DNA of 63,007 bases, filler included, from Licmophora abbreviata (taxonomy: Eukaryota): NCBI GenBank assembly GCA_900291995.1. It is 10 parts of 10 records of this genome, joined end to end, with 100 filler letters (N's around TTAATTAATTAA, not from the genome) between each part and the next. Parts side by side here need not be neighbours in the genome. Positions count along the whole stretch, not along the records: positions 31,344 to 48,251 come from OLMU01002141.1; positions 48,352 to 51,148 come from OLMU01002142.1; positions 51,249 to 52,554 come from OLMU01002143.1; positions 52,655 to 56,507 come from OLMU01002144.1; positions 56,608 to 60,292 come from OLMU01002145.1; 5 more parts are not named here. One strand, 5' to 3'. The translations under genes were made by a program, and so were the position numbers. Of the stretch, positions 45,974 through 56,944 are shown one piece after another; the stretch's first letter is position 1; every line of letters starts with the position of its first letter. The notes beneath the pieces are model-generated. The model was given only the letters and a program-made list of their open reading frames with translations. It was not told where the DNA came from and made no database searches.

Positions 45974-48181
45974 TCAAGCCGCGTTTACCGGCTTAATTCT
46001 TAGCACACTTCCGTAGTTCAAGGGCATACAAAAGACGTCGCCGCTCTTGCTTACAACACCTCCTTCCCATTTATTCAAGCCCTCGTAGCTCCCGATTGCT
46101 GTAACGTCTGGTTGACCTCCGTCCGTGCTTGTTCGAACCCGAATGATGGAGTTGGATTTCAGTGGAATTCCATAGATGCTACCGTCGGGAGCTGTAAAAC
46201 CATTTTGCCACTTGTTCTGGTGTATCGGTTCAAGATCACGAAGATTCGGTCCGACTTCTCGGACTTCTTGTGTGTGCGGATTCACTTGCAAAACAAAATC
46301 TGCGTCTGATGGGAAGAAATAGACGCATCTGTCATGCCCGACAGCCCCGCCAAGGAATTTGTACTTACCGTCCGAGCGATGTCTCCCCGTTCGAAGCGGA
46401 CCACCAATAGTCGATATGATGGGAGGCTCGCCAGGATCTATCTTTAAAACGTCATCGGCGTGAGCAGGAATACCATAAATGCAGTTATCTGGGCCGGCAA
46501 TACCACCATGCCATTTGTATCCTCCTTCGGGGAAGTCCCCGTGCAAGGAAGCAGACTGAGTTAATGGATCTATTCTCAGGACACCTGACGCGTTCTGAGG
46601 GATCCCATAGATTGCGCCGTCACTGCCAAGCAATCCCCCGTACCACTTATTTCGTCCAGGAAATGGCCCCCCAAAGAAACTTAGCTGCTCAGTAGCGGGA
46701 TCTAGTTTGAGAATGTGCTCCGCAAATTGGGGGATGCAGTACAGGCACCCATCGTTCGGAGCCACATTTCCTCCGTGCCATTTCCAACGCAACCCACCAG
46801 GAGGAGCCATGGGGTCCTCCGAATCCCACCGTAGAGTAGACACATCATCGGTGGAAGGGTCAATACGGAGTACCGCATCTGCGTGGCAAGGGATCGCGTA
46901 CAGAATTCCAGTCGACATGCGCACAGCTCTCAGCCACTTGAATTCACCCCGAAACTTGGGACCGATGAGCTTGACTGTCGGCGGTTCCACTGAAGGATCA
47001 ATGACCATGACGCGATGCGCATGCCCCGGGACGCAGTAGATCTTGCCATTATCCCCAAGCTCACCGCCGAGATACTTCTCTTTACCAACCAGAGGAGGAG
47101 TGCACGGTATGACAGACAGCTCCGTATGTTCATCTCGGTACAAGTCAGGTAGTTGCCCATTCTCCGCACACGTCTCTCTTCTGCAAACGTTCGTCTTCTT
47201 CACCGCTGTCCCAGTTCGGATCGCTTTACCTTTACCGTAGTTTCGAGCCACGCGGGCATTCCATCGCTGAAAGTCGATCTGCTTCTTCAATACGGTCGAG
47301 TCGAACCTACTGCAAGGTGGCACTTGTAGTAGCGCAGTCGGTCGAGGGCGTACAAACAGAGTAGCCGCCATTCTCTCGCTGCCATCTTTCCAAATAACAC
47401 GGTGCTTGGCCGATTTAACGCTCCCCCCTGTTATGTAGGAGAGCACACTGCCTACAAACACCGTAGCGACCGCATGACCCGATCTAGGCACCTCGACCCA
47501 CGGACGCTTCTCGCCGTTGACAGAAGGAGCCTGATACTCAAGCCCCATGGCACCTTGCTGATGACCAGTCCGATCATGAACGACAATGGAGATCAGTGAC
47601 GGATCGGTGTGAGTCGGTAGCAGTACCACAGGCTCGTCGTCCTCTCTTGACGAATCTTTCGATTGTTCCGGTTCGACGTATCGCTTCACATGCCACTGAC
47701 TGTGATCTCCAGTAGGCCCCATGTTCCGTTGAAACCATCCCACCGGAAGATTCCACTTGCGCTCTAAAGCGAGCAGGATACAGCGTGAAATTCCATGTAA
47801 AGATTCAAAGAGGTCCTCCATGGCAGGTCGAAACTCATGCTCGGTGGTGGCAATGTCCATGAAATTGCCGTCCGAAAAGACAAGTCCTTCGCGGTACATG
47901 TTGTAGCGACTCATTCCTTCTGGCCCATGATAGCCCGTGGCGTGCGCGGAATCAGCGTCGGGAGGAATGCTTGGTAGCGATGAGCAGTGTGTCGGAGAAG
48001 ATAAGAGTGTTCGCGACACGCCAAATCCACGAGCATGAACGTCATCGAGTTTGGCGGGCAACGAGACGACCGCTGTGCCCCCGGAGCGCTCCAAATCTTC
48101 GACTGAACGATCCCAGATTTCTTCCTCAATACCAGAAATCGCCTCGACAATGGCCTCCTGTTGAGAGGAGGTCGATGTCAT
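45974..48181 (-). CDS. 2OG-Fe(II) oxygenase (IPNS/DIOX-like) fused to a C-terminal beta-propeller repeat domain
   Basis: 'HTDPSLISI', 'SAKHRV', 'RMAATLF'; ~8 repeats of KWxGG-x(4-5)-DGxIYxIPxxAxxVLxIDP. Confidence 0.85.
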   Translation of the reverse strand: MTSTSSQQEAIVEAISGIEEEIWDRSVEDLERSGGTAVVSLPAKLDDVHARGFGVSRTLLSSPTHCSSLPSIPPDADSAHATGYHGPEGMSRYNMYREGLVFSDGNFMDIATTEHEFRPAMEDLFESLHGISRCILLALERKWNLPVGWFQRNMGPTGDHSQWHVKRYVEPEQSKDSSREDDEPVVLLPTHTDPSLISIVVHDRTGHQQGAMGLEYQAPSVNGEKRPWVEVPRSGHAVATVFVGSVLSYITGGSVKSAKHRVIWKDGSERMAATLFVRPRPTALLQVPPCSRFDSTVLKKQIDFQRWNARVARNYGKGKAIRTGTAVKKTNVCRRETCAENGQLPDLYRDEHTELSVIPCTPPLVGKEKYLGGELGDNGKIYCVPGHAHRVMVIDPSVEPPTVKLIGPKFRGEFKWLRAVRMSTGILYAIPCHADAVLRIDPSTDDVSTLRWDSEDPMAPPGGLRWKWHGGNVAPNDGCLYCIPQFAEHILKLDPATEQLSFFGGPFPGRNKWYGGLLGSDGAIYGIPQNASGVLRIDPLTQSASLHGDFPEGGYKWHGGIAGPDNCIYGIPAHADDVLKIDPGEPPIISTIGGPLRTGRHRSDGKYKFLGGAVGHDRCVYFFPSDADFVLQVNPHTQEVREVGPNLRDLEPIHQNKWQNGFTAPDGSIYGIPLKSNSIIRVRTSTDGGQPDVTAIGSYEGLNKWEGGVVSKSGDVFCMPLNYGSVLRIKPVNAA

Positions 48182-48520
48182 GCTGTATTCAACGAGTCTA
48201 CCAGTAGAGCAAGAGATGGAAGTGAAGTAGCACTGCGTTACCGATATCCGGNNNNNNNNNNNNNNNNNNNNNNNNNNNNNNNNNNNNNNNNNNNNTTAAT
48301 TAATTAANNNNNNNNNNNNNNNNNNNNNNNNNNNNNNNNNNNNNNNNNNNNGAGAACATGGTTTCCAATGATATTTTACCCACGTTTCAAATCTACGGCC
48401 ATGAGCGGTTGTATCTGTCAGTCTGTCCACACAGTTTGTTCGCGAATCTTCGTCTCCCCCACAGCTATTGCAGTGTCTCTCTCAATACTCAATCATCATC
48501 CTACGTTGTGTTTCTTATAA

Positions 48521-49678
48521 TTACGATTCAATGTTAATACCATATCCAAATCGCATGGAGTCCGCTGCATGATCCAATTCCGCTGAAAAATTCAATGTCG
48601 GAGCTCCCTGACTCATTCCAAGCTTGGCTTCAACTACCGATTGAATCTTACCGGTCCCATCGACACAGGCCGCCACTTTGGATCGGGTGAGCTTAAATTC
48701 TGCTCCCAATAAGACTTGTGACTCCCATGTTCCAGGTTGACATTCCAGATGAGCTCCTAGAGTGACTCGGTTCGGTGTCACGACACGCTTATAATCCAAG
48801 GTAAGCAATTGTTGAGTAGTGTTGAAATTTGCAACAAGCGTCGACGGTGTTTCCATGGAACTCGTATTTTTTGTCAGTGACGTCTCGCCGTCATCGCTGG
48901 GTGCTGGAAAGGAGTACTTGAGTGAATAACTGGAAACCAAAGTCTGATTTCCTGCAATGTACATGCCTTCTCCTCCCATGGCAAGTCGTTCCGTTATGCT
49001 CTGCAGGTAGTTGCAGCCCCACACCAAGCCACCGCCCATGCTTCCATACTTGAAATTGGACGTCCACGTCGGTCCGTTAATGTCCACTTCTGCAAGACAC
49101 TGATCACTCTGACCCTCTGCTGATAGACCGAGCTGCAGCTTGGCGAGAGCCAGTCCTCCCAAGAGACTCCGGTGAAGTCGTCCGTCGACGGAGCCCCGGT
49201 CCGGATCGACACGAGCGCTAAGGTACATATTTTCGTCGGCCACCTGTGTGATGAAATTGTAAACGCGGGTCTTTCCATCCGGCGTGGACGTTCCCAAGAC
49301 GAAGTTATGCACGACCGCCATGTAGGGACTGAGCTGCTTGCTAAGATTGCATTGAAATCCATCCTGTGTGTGGAGATTGACCAAGCGGGATGCGTCCATG
49401 GTGAGCATTTCGAGCGGACCAGGATTAGGAATGGTCGATCCAGCTTCTTCTGCCGCCTTTTCAATAGTATCTTTCGGAGGAGGAGGTGGCTCTACTGGTG
49501 TTGATCGTTTGGAAGACGGTTCCTTTGGTTGATCTGGAGGAGGTGGGGGAGGCGTGGCTCCGGGCGGAGGTAGCGGCGGTGGTTCATTCGCGGCGCAGCT
49601 AGTTTTCTGTACCAAACTGCCGTAATTTACGTTCCCCCAGGCCGCCGAAGGAGCCGCCTTGGATGGCGAGGATCCCAT
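48521..49678 (-). CDS. TOM40: Mitochondrial import channel Tom40
   Basis: Pro-rich N-terminus, 'PNPGPLE', 'YLQSIT..LAMGGE', C-terminal 'RFGYGINI' beta-signal. Confidence 0.92.
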   Translation of the reverse strand: MGSSPSKAAPSAAWGNVNYGSLVQKTSCAANEPPPLPPPGATPPPPPPDQPKEPSSKRSTPVEPPPPPKDTIEKAAEEAGSTIPNPGPLEMLTMDASRLVNLHTQDGFQCNLSKQLSPYMAVVHNFVLGTSTPDGKTRVYNFITQVADENMYLSARVDPDRGSVDGRLHRSLLGGLALAKLQLGLSAEGQSDQCLAEVDINGPTWTSNFKYGSMGGGLVWGCNYLQSITERLAMGGEGMYIAGNQTLVSSYSLKYSFPAPSDDGETSLTKNTSSMETPSTLVANFNTTQQLLTLDYKRVVTPNRVTLGAHLECQPGTWESQVLLGAEFKLTRSKVAACVDGTGKIQSVVEAKLGMSQGAPTLNFSAELDHAADSMRFGYGINIES

Positions 49679-50074
49679 TTTTGCACAAGATTTAAGCTCG
49701 GAATAAACAACGGCGTCTCCGGTCTACATTGACGGCGTCTCTTATGCATAATGGCTGACGAGGAGAGAAAGAGCATCCTGCGGCACGAGAGATGGAGACG
49801 GAGTGTGGTGGGGTGACTAGATGGTTATGAGCCATATACAAAAAATGTCTTATCAGATATCTTAATCGCTAGCAAATGCTAGTGAAAAATACGTATTTCA
49901 AACGTTCACTCACCTTTGCTGCGCCCACCATGACGCGCAGCATCAGTCTGAGTGAGTCGCGACATGATGGATGACACTGCACGCACACAGCCATCGCAAT
50001 CGTCACCGCCGCCACGATTTGATCCTGCTTGGACATCACAGCACCTTCCAATGAGACTTTGAAACCAAACAGGA

Positions 50075-51130
50075 ATGTCTGATGTTCCATTTCGCTTCCA
50101 GTTTGATTTGGACGACGAGAACGGCGACGACGGGAGACGTGAGGTATTGGCAAATAGCACCTCGAACGCTGCTGTGCCATCGGAAGACAAGCAACCGAAG
50201 TTTTATAGGAAGCCGTTTCAGCTCTTGCCTGACTTGAAAGTTCTGTTGGAAGAGCGATGTCAGCAGGCTCTCGAGTTCGAGCAGTTTACAATTGGGCCAC
50301 TGCCCACCACCAACGACACGAACGAGCAGACGACACGACCGCTGCGAAGGGTGCATCAGTCATCCATTGATCGCAGTCACCGCCAGTACTCCTCTGACAC
50401 GATCAACAGCCATACAGACCTCATTCCAGGGGTATACGAGGGTGGACTCAAGGTTTGGGAGTGCAGTGTAGATCTCTGTCGCTACTTGGCTGATGTACAC
50501 TGGAACGACGAGTTTGTACCATCACCATTGCCAGTCAACTCCTCCAGCGAGTTGACTGTACTTGAACTCGGATGTGGTCATGGTCTTCCAGGATGCGTAC
50601 TGCTGCGACAAGCGATAGAAGAGCGTCGCAATTTACACGTGTTCTTTACCGATTACAATGACTATGTGCTGCGCGATGTCACGTTGTCCAACATTGTCTT
50701 GAACACCACTGCTGCCACACAAAGCGGACCGTCCATACATGAAATACTACAACGCGTCTCTATGGGTGCCGGTGACTGGATGAGTCTCTCAGAGCAACTC
50801 ATTTCGGGGGAGCTGAAAGTTCGTCATGGTAGTAGATTCAATGTCGTGTTGGCAGCGGAAACGACCTACACGGTCGAGGCGGCTAAAGCTACAGCAGCTC
50901 TCATGGCTCGGCACTTGAAACCAGAGATTGGGGTGGGACTTGTGGCCACAAAGAGGTACTACTTTGGGGTTGGTGGAGGGACTGACGCCTTTTCCAGTGC
51001 TGCCGCCGAACTTGAACGCAATCAATGGGAGGGCGACTTTCGAATGACTGTGAAAGTTATAGAGAGCTTTGACGACGGGGCCTCGAACATTCGAGACTTG
51101 CTCTGTATACGGTTGGTCAGGGCACTTTGA
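50075..51130 (+). CDS. METTL18: Histidine protein methyltransferase 1 (METTL18/Hpm1)
   Basis: 'DLIPGVYEGGLKVWECSVDL', 'VLELGCGHGLPG', 'KRYYFGVGGG'. Confidence 0.92.
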   Translation: MSDVPFRFQFDLDDENGDDGRREVLANSTSNAAVPSEDKQPKFYRKPFQLLPDLKVLLEERCQQALEFEQFTIGPLPTTNDTNEQTTRPLRRVHQSSIDRSHRQYSSDTINSHTDLIPGVYEGGLKVWECSVDLCRYLADVHWNDEFVPSPLPVNSSSELTVLELGCGHGLPGCVLLRQAIEERRNLHVFFTDYNDYVLRDVTLSNIVLNTTAATQSGPSIHEILQRVSMGAGDWMSLSEQLISGELKVRHGSRFNVVLAAETTYTVEAAKATAALMARHLKPEIGVGLVATKRYYFGVGGGTDAFSSAAAELERNQWEGDFRMTVKVIESFDDGASNIRDLLCIRLVRAL

Positions 51131-51804
51131 AATATATGCTACATAGCTNNNNNNNNNNNNNNNNNNNNNNNNNNNNNNNNNNNNNNNNNNNNTTAATTAA
51201 TTAANNNNNNNNNNNNNNNNNNNNNNNNNNNNNNNNNNNNNNNNNNNNACCTCATGATGGTGTTTCCTGTCTTGGCGCGGATAGCTACACGTCACACTTC
51301 TTGAATGTTGTCGAATTGATGATGAGTGACGCATAATTTCAAATTCGCGACTTGAACTTCGACGACAAGGTGTTGAGTGAGTCAGTCTTGGCAGGGAGAC
51401 GCGGAGACTCGGATCTCACGATCAGCTCGCGACTTTTACGTGATGAGTCTTGTCCATTTATTCCCGATTGTATGTAGTATAATCAATATACAAACTTCAG
51501 TCACAAGACGTATCATTGATTGAAATCAAATTACCAAACTACATATCTATAGGTATATCATTCAAAATTATGTCAAATGAACCTAAGCTCAACGGAAGAA
51601 TCAATGGGAAGTGGGCACCCAAATCACAAGTTCCACTCGAAAAATTGAGAGAGCACAACGCATGAACGCCGAATGCACCTTGTTGCTTGTTACAGACTGC
51701 GTTTACTCCCTCGTTTGCGCTGCCACCACCTTGTCGCGCTTGAACAACCCCTTACTATCTACTGAAGAGACTATATATACAATTGATCCATTGAAAAATT
51801 CGAA

Positions 51805-53832
51805 ATGACGTCGAGAAATTCAACATTGGCACGATCGCGTATCGTGCGAAGTCTATGCCTGCTGGGCTCTCTTGTAATGCTCTCCAACGCAGCCACTCCT
51901 CGCCACCGCGGGGGGCGTCGCAAGCTCGGAATTCTCGATGGCAGCTTGGCATGGCAGCACGGAGCGCCTCCCGACCTCTTCGCCGATGAGAGCGACGAGC
52001 ATTCGCCATTGGTTCCTGCTTCCCCACAGACACCGCGGGCACCCGGACCAGGACCTGGACCCTCTCCTAGCCCAGGTCCAGGAGTATCGCCTAAACTAGG
52101 ACCGGGATCCTCTCCAAGTGCGGGACCTAGCAGCAAAGGACCAGGATCCTCTCCGAGTCTGGGACCTAGCAGCAAGGGATCCCCATCGAGTCCGGGACCG
52201 AGCAGCAAGGGATCAGGATCCTCTCCGAGTCCGGGACCGAGCAGCAAGGGATCAGGATCCTCTCCGAGTCCTGGATCAAGCAGCAAAGGAAGCAAGTCAT
52301 CCAAGGGCTACTCGCCAACTGGCGGCTTCGCGGGATTTGATGACTGCAGCCCTTCGGCTCCTGGTGCGTCACCTGGTCCTGGTCCCGCTAGCAAGGGGAA
52401 GTCCTCCAAGTTTGGATGCAAAGAGGGGCCTCCTGGTACTCCTTCTGGAAGTCAACCATTGACTCCGACCGTCGGCACGCCGACTGTAAGCAAACCGACT
52501 GTCATGAGCCAGCCATCCATGTCTTCTCCAGGAGGGGCATCTCCTTCGGCATCANNNNNNNNNNNNNNNNNNNNNNNNNNNNNNNNNNNNNNNNNNNNTT
52601 AATTAATTAANNNNNNNNNNNNNNNNNNNNNNNNNNNNNNNNNNNNNNNNNNNNATGTCAGACCCAGCTTCGAGCCCCGCAGCCGCGCCTTCGTTCTCCG
52701 GAGCCCAGCCTGACACTACCAGTGGCGATACAGGTTTTGTCTTTGTCGACTGTAACGCCATTGCCGATGGGTCCGCTACTACGGATGGTGATGAGACTGT
52801 CTTCAATCTCAACATGCCCTTCTTCTTGGAAAGCGATGCTTCCTTTGGGACCGTTGCCGAAGACGTGCGCACTGTCTTGCAGAGCGTAGTTGCCCCTCGT
52901 ATTGCGGGCTGTACCGATGACGGTCTCTTGTCTGGTCGTCGTCGCCTCGAGGACTCCACCATTCTCAATGTCTTGTTCTCAACACCATCAATCGACGGTG
53001 GTGACGGTGCGTTTTATGTATCGTCAAGCTAGTGTTGCCTCGCTTTCTAGACGTGATTCCAGCTCACACTGTCTGAAACCCTCTTCTTGTCACAGGCCTG
53101 GGCCTTTGCAGCTCAAACTCTATTGAGGACACCGACTGCTATCCAACTAATACTGGAGTGAACTTTTTTGCGGATGGCGAGGAGAATGACGGGTATCTTG
53201 CACTTCTCACCGCCGAAATGCAGAGAGCTATTGACGAAGGACTCCTGGGCGATATCGACGGTCTTGCTGGTGTGGGAGGTATCACCGGCGAGGACGTGAC
53301 GCCTCCTCCAGACGACGGTATCGCCGGTGCTTCCGACAGCGGTTTTGTGGCTACCGACTCAGGTCTCAGCACTGGAGGAAAGGTAGGAATTGCCATGGGA
53401 GCACTGGCCCTTGTCTTGTTGCTGGTCTTGCTTGTGCGTCGCCGTCGCAACAGGCAAGACCGCGCAGTGAAATATTTCGACTATGACGACGAAAATATCT
53501 TGTTAGATGGAACGTTGGACACCTCTGTGGGTGGAGCCAGGGTTCTGGACGGTGAGGACGATTCCTTCTTGAATGAGTCTGTGGATTCCAGTGTGATTCG
53601 CAACATCCGTACGCTGGAAGGCTTGGAGGATGCACAGAGAGCGGACAATTCTCTGATCGGAAGACACCATGCCGGCCAAAACGTTCACGTTTGCCAGTCT
53701 TCCATGTGCGACATTTGTGAAAAGAGACGAGAGCTCGAGACTGTCTTTGTCAGAACGGGCACGCCTACGCGACCATCTTTGCCGGAGAATGCAAGCAGGC
53801 CGTACGTGGCGTCCGACACGGTTGCGCTATAA
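51805..53832 (+). CDS. Silaffin-like Ser/Gly/Pro/Lys-rich single-pass membrane protein (interrupted by gap 52555-52654; intron 53007-53095)
   Basis: Signal peptide, RRKL and RRRL motifs, SSKG repeats, TM 'VGIAMGALALVLLLVLLV' followed by RRRR, cytosolic HVCQSSMCDIC. Joining across the gap is inferred. Confidence 0.7.
52104..52290 (+). repeat. Coding tandem repeat, ~39-nt unit (GSSPSPGPSSKGS), about 5 copies
   Basis: GGATCCTCTCCGAGTCCGGGACCGAGCAGCAAGGGATCA-like units. Confidence 0.9.
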
Positions 53833-53988
53833 ATGGATCCTGCTGGTCGACATTGTTCAGTCTCTGTGGAGTGATACTTACTGTACGTGTTTGGTCGTAA
53901 GAACGATTTATTATAACTAAAAGTTTCCAAAATCTGGCACTATTCCCGAGTGTGTAGGACAGGACTACTCCCTTCATTCGCAAACAGC

Positions 53989-55149
53989 TTACAGTTTTGG
54001 TGCCAACCCAATGTCTCGTGCGTATTTGAGACTGATACCCTTGTCGTCGAGCATGCGTTCCACGTCCTGGTAGGTAGGACGCATTTCTGAGGTGCCCACC
54101 TTGATGTAATCGGTTGCACTGTCATTCTCAGCGTAAACAGCCCAGTCGGTGTCGAAACGCTTGACAAGTCTAATGTTGCCGCCCTTGCAGACGTAGCCTT
54201 CCAGAATATAGACATGCTGGAATCCCATATCATCCAGTCGCTTCAAGGAGTTACCCTTGCCACCGAGAAAGGACGCCAAATTTCTGATGAAAGAGAGAAA
54301 CGAATCGCGACAAGCCGTGAGGAGGTGGTTCCCAGTTGATTGACATGTATCCTGAACAAGTATACGTTTTAGAAGAGTCTGAAGACTGACTTACCCGACG
54401 ATACCGCCTTCGCGACTCGCTGCATCAAGTGCATCATCGGCAAACCGCCACTGTGGATTCAACATGGCGACCAGCCGATCTCCTGCCTGCTCGCTGATGG
54501 TGTCGACAGCGTCAATACATTCCTGCGTCGGCTGTACAAAGCAGCTAATGTCGTCCGCGGGCGAAGTACTCTGGGTCATCCACAAGCCGATCCCATCGAC
54601 GCCACTTTCATCAATACTGCGGTCTTCCACTAGTTTCGGAGGTACTCCTGCCTGTGATTTTGAGACCTTGCGCAACAATTCTTGACACGTAGGGCTCGCA
54701 GCTCTGTAAAGCTGCATGATACCCCCCTGCCATGTCTCATCGGGGGGTGCGAGAACCAAGGTGTTTTCGTTGCTGTCAATAGTAGCGTCCTCTTCAAAGT
54801 ATCGACCCAGCTGGGCATTGGAGGGGTCACGAGGAAGCAAGAGTCGAACCATCTGTCGTTTGATGCCAGTATCGCGAGCCTCCGTCATGGCAGTCGATGC
54901 CTGCTTGATCATTTCTTGGAACGAGAGCGGGATATACAGCTTGCTTGTCGCGTCGATGTCAGAGTCGGTGTCGCTACTGGTTTCGGAAGACGTACTCGAA
55001 AAGACGGGAGACGTGGATGTCGCTCTTGATACTCCAAAGGAAGCGGTGCGGCCACGGTGCGACGACGAAAAGGAGGAAGCTTGCTTTCCGCAACAGAGCA
55101 GCGCCAAGACGGCGAGCAGCACCGGAAGCGAATTTCGGACCTCAACCAT
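53989..55149 (-). CDS. Plastid-targeted DUF1995-like protein; intron 54284-54394
   Basis: Signal peptide ending 'ASS-F'; 'DETWQGGIMQL', 'SIDESGVDG', 'MLNPQW', 'RPTY..VE'. Confidence 0.75.
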
Positions 55150-55477
55150 CGCAAGAGTCGATCGATTCTTTAGTAGTATCTGACGGTTGTGAGCCAGAGG
55201 GGTGCGAAAGGACCTGCCAAAGCGTCAGGACAGTCCACGGCGACCAACAACGGGAACTTCAACGCCAGCACAGAGTGCAACATACAAATCGACGATGAGA
55301 AAGCATCGGTGGCGTGGCACGCAGACATCCGAACGCAAAAAAAGGTGGCGGGAAAGTCTGTTCGTCATTCCGGTACATGTCAGAGACCCGGCAGTCGGAA
55401 GGAATAGCATCCAAGGACATAAAGCTACAGTAACTGTATCATACTGCTTAGACTTGAGTGATTTCGATGTTATGTTG

Positions 55478-56275
55478 TCATAATTCGATTCGGCTGATAC
55501 AATGCCATTCGCTTAGTTTCCCACTTGTGCTCCAAATGGACAGATACCTTCCTCTAAAGGGCTCAAGCATGTACGGTTTGGAGTTTTCAAGGTCGCGAGT
55601 GTATGCTTTGAGCCACACCGACTTGGCTTCGGGGGCATAGACAAACGCCAAATGTGGAATGAAGGGTATTTGGTTGCCTTTGTCGGGAGAAGTTGTATCG
55701 GATATGGCAGTGTCGCCGTTCGTCTTGTCACGGGTTGGATCTTGACCATGCCTTTCGTCCGGAGGAAACCGCTGACGCACACTTTGCTGCATCGATGATA
55801 GCCACTCCGATGTTTCCAACAGGATCATGCTTATGACACATCCGAAACCTCTTCCGTTGTCAGCTGTCGTGGGATAAGGGAAATAATGGCACTGTGTCGG
55901 CCGCAGTATCGGGTAGCGTGAGGCTGATGTGTTGCGGTCATCTGTGGACTTGCGCTGCTTCCCCTCCTCCCGAAATAGAGCGAGACATTTTTCAAGCACC
56001 TTGTTCCCTATTTCTTCGTCACTCAAGTCCTTGTCATCGACTTGGTTCTGTTTTCGGACGACATCGGGCGACAAATTGTAGAGTAGTGTGCAGTGCGGTA
56101 CGAACGGGAAAAGACCACACTCACGCCCTCCACACTGCTCAGACAAGTATTCGACCTCACGAAACAAGTGCGAACTTTCGTTTTCACACGCTTCAATCCA
56201 AACACTCCAGCCCCCGAAGGAGTGGTCGAATACCGACGCCGGCGCATCGACTGGCGAATGGCCCGCGTCGCTCAT
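55478..56275 (-). CDS. 2H-phosphoesterase / cyclic phosphodiesterase (CPDase-like)
   Basis: 'WSVW', 'FVPHCTL', 'FIPHLAFVY', 'LSIWSTSG...W' motifs. Confidence 0.8.
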   Translation of the reverse strand: MSDAGHSPVDAPASVFDHSFGGWSVWIEACENESSHLFREVEYLSEQCGGRECGLFPFVPHCTLLYNLSPDVVRKQNQVDDKDLSDEEIGNKVLEKCLALFREEGKQRKSTDDRNTSASRYPILRPTQCHYFPYPTTADNGRGFGCVISMILLETSEWLSSMQQSVRQRFPPDERHGQDPTRDKTNGDTAISDTTSPDKGNQIPFIPHLAFVYAPEAKSVWLKAYTRDLENSKPYMLEPFRGRYLSIWSTSGKLSEWHCISRIEL

Positions 56276-56944
56276 GGTCGTTCTCTCGGTGCTTCGCAAC
56301 ATTCGCAGAGCGCGTATTTCATACTCGATTGTTGCGTTTCGAATATGTGTGGAGCAACCAAGATCAATCCGGGGTCTTCCAGTCCGTCTTAGTGTGCTCG
56401 AACTATTCTGTGAAGGTCTCCCGGTGAACAGAGGAGGACCTTCAACGTGAACATTCGGCGTGTGTACCGCCGACCGCGTTTGTCGAGGTTTCCCCTTCAT
56501 GTTCAATNNNNNNNNNNNNNNNNNNNNNNNNNNNNNNNNNNNNNNNNNNNNTTAATTAATTAANNNNNNNNNNNNNNNNNNNNNNNNNNNNNNNNNNNNN
56601 NNNNNNNGTATGTGAGTTTCGAGCGTCACACTCATGACTCGCAATTCTCAACGCTCGTATGCAGTCACGAGCGTCTCAAGTTGAGCAAGACTTAGCGCCT
56701 TGTCACAGTTTGAAGTTCATCACAGTCATCCCCTCGTCGTCGAACGCAAAACAAACAGACCTGCTCTCGGAAAGTCGTTTGATGCCTAAGCTGGCATCTT
56801 CGACAATTTGTCCATCGCATCACCATCCGTAGCTTGACACGATCGAAGACCCTACGAGTGGGACCTTCTCGTTATCAGGGGCTTGCAGTGGTAGCAGCGT
56901 TTTGTTGCCTCTTCGAAAATTGAAACAGGAAATCAGTGCAGACA

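Noticed and set aside
51771..52304. Minus-strand repeat ORF (LLLGPGLGEDPDP) and other antisense ORFs such as 28074-28985
   Set aside because: Shadows of the real genes on the opposite strand.
55478..56275. CPDase as a functional partner of the permuted tRNA
   Set aside because: CPDases handle a tRNA-splicing by-product, but this gene is 40 kb and several gaps away, and eukaryotic neighbourhood is weak evidence.
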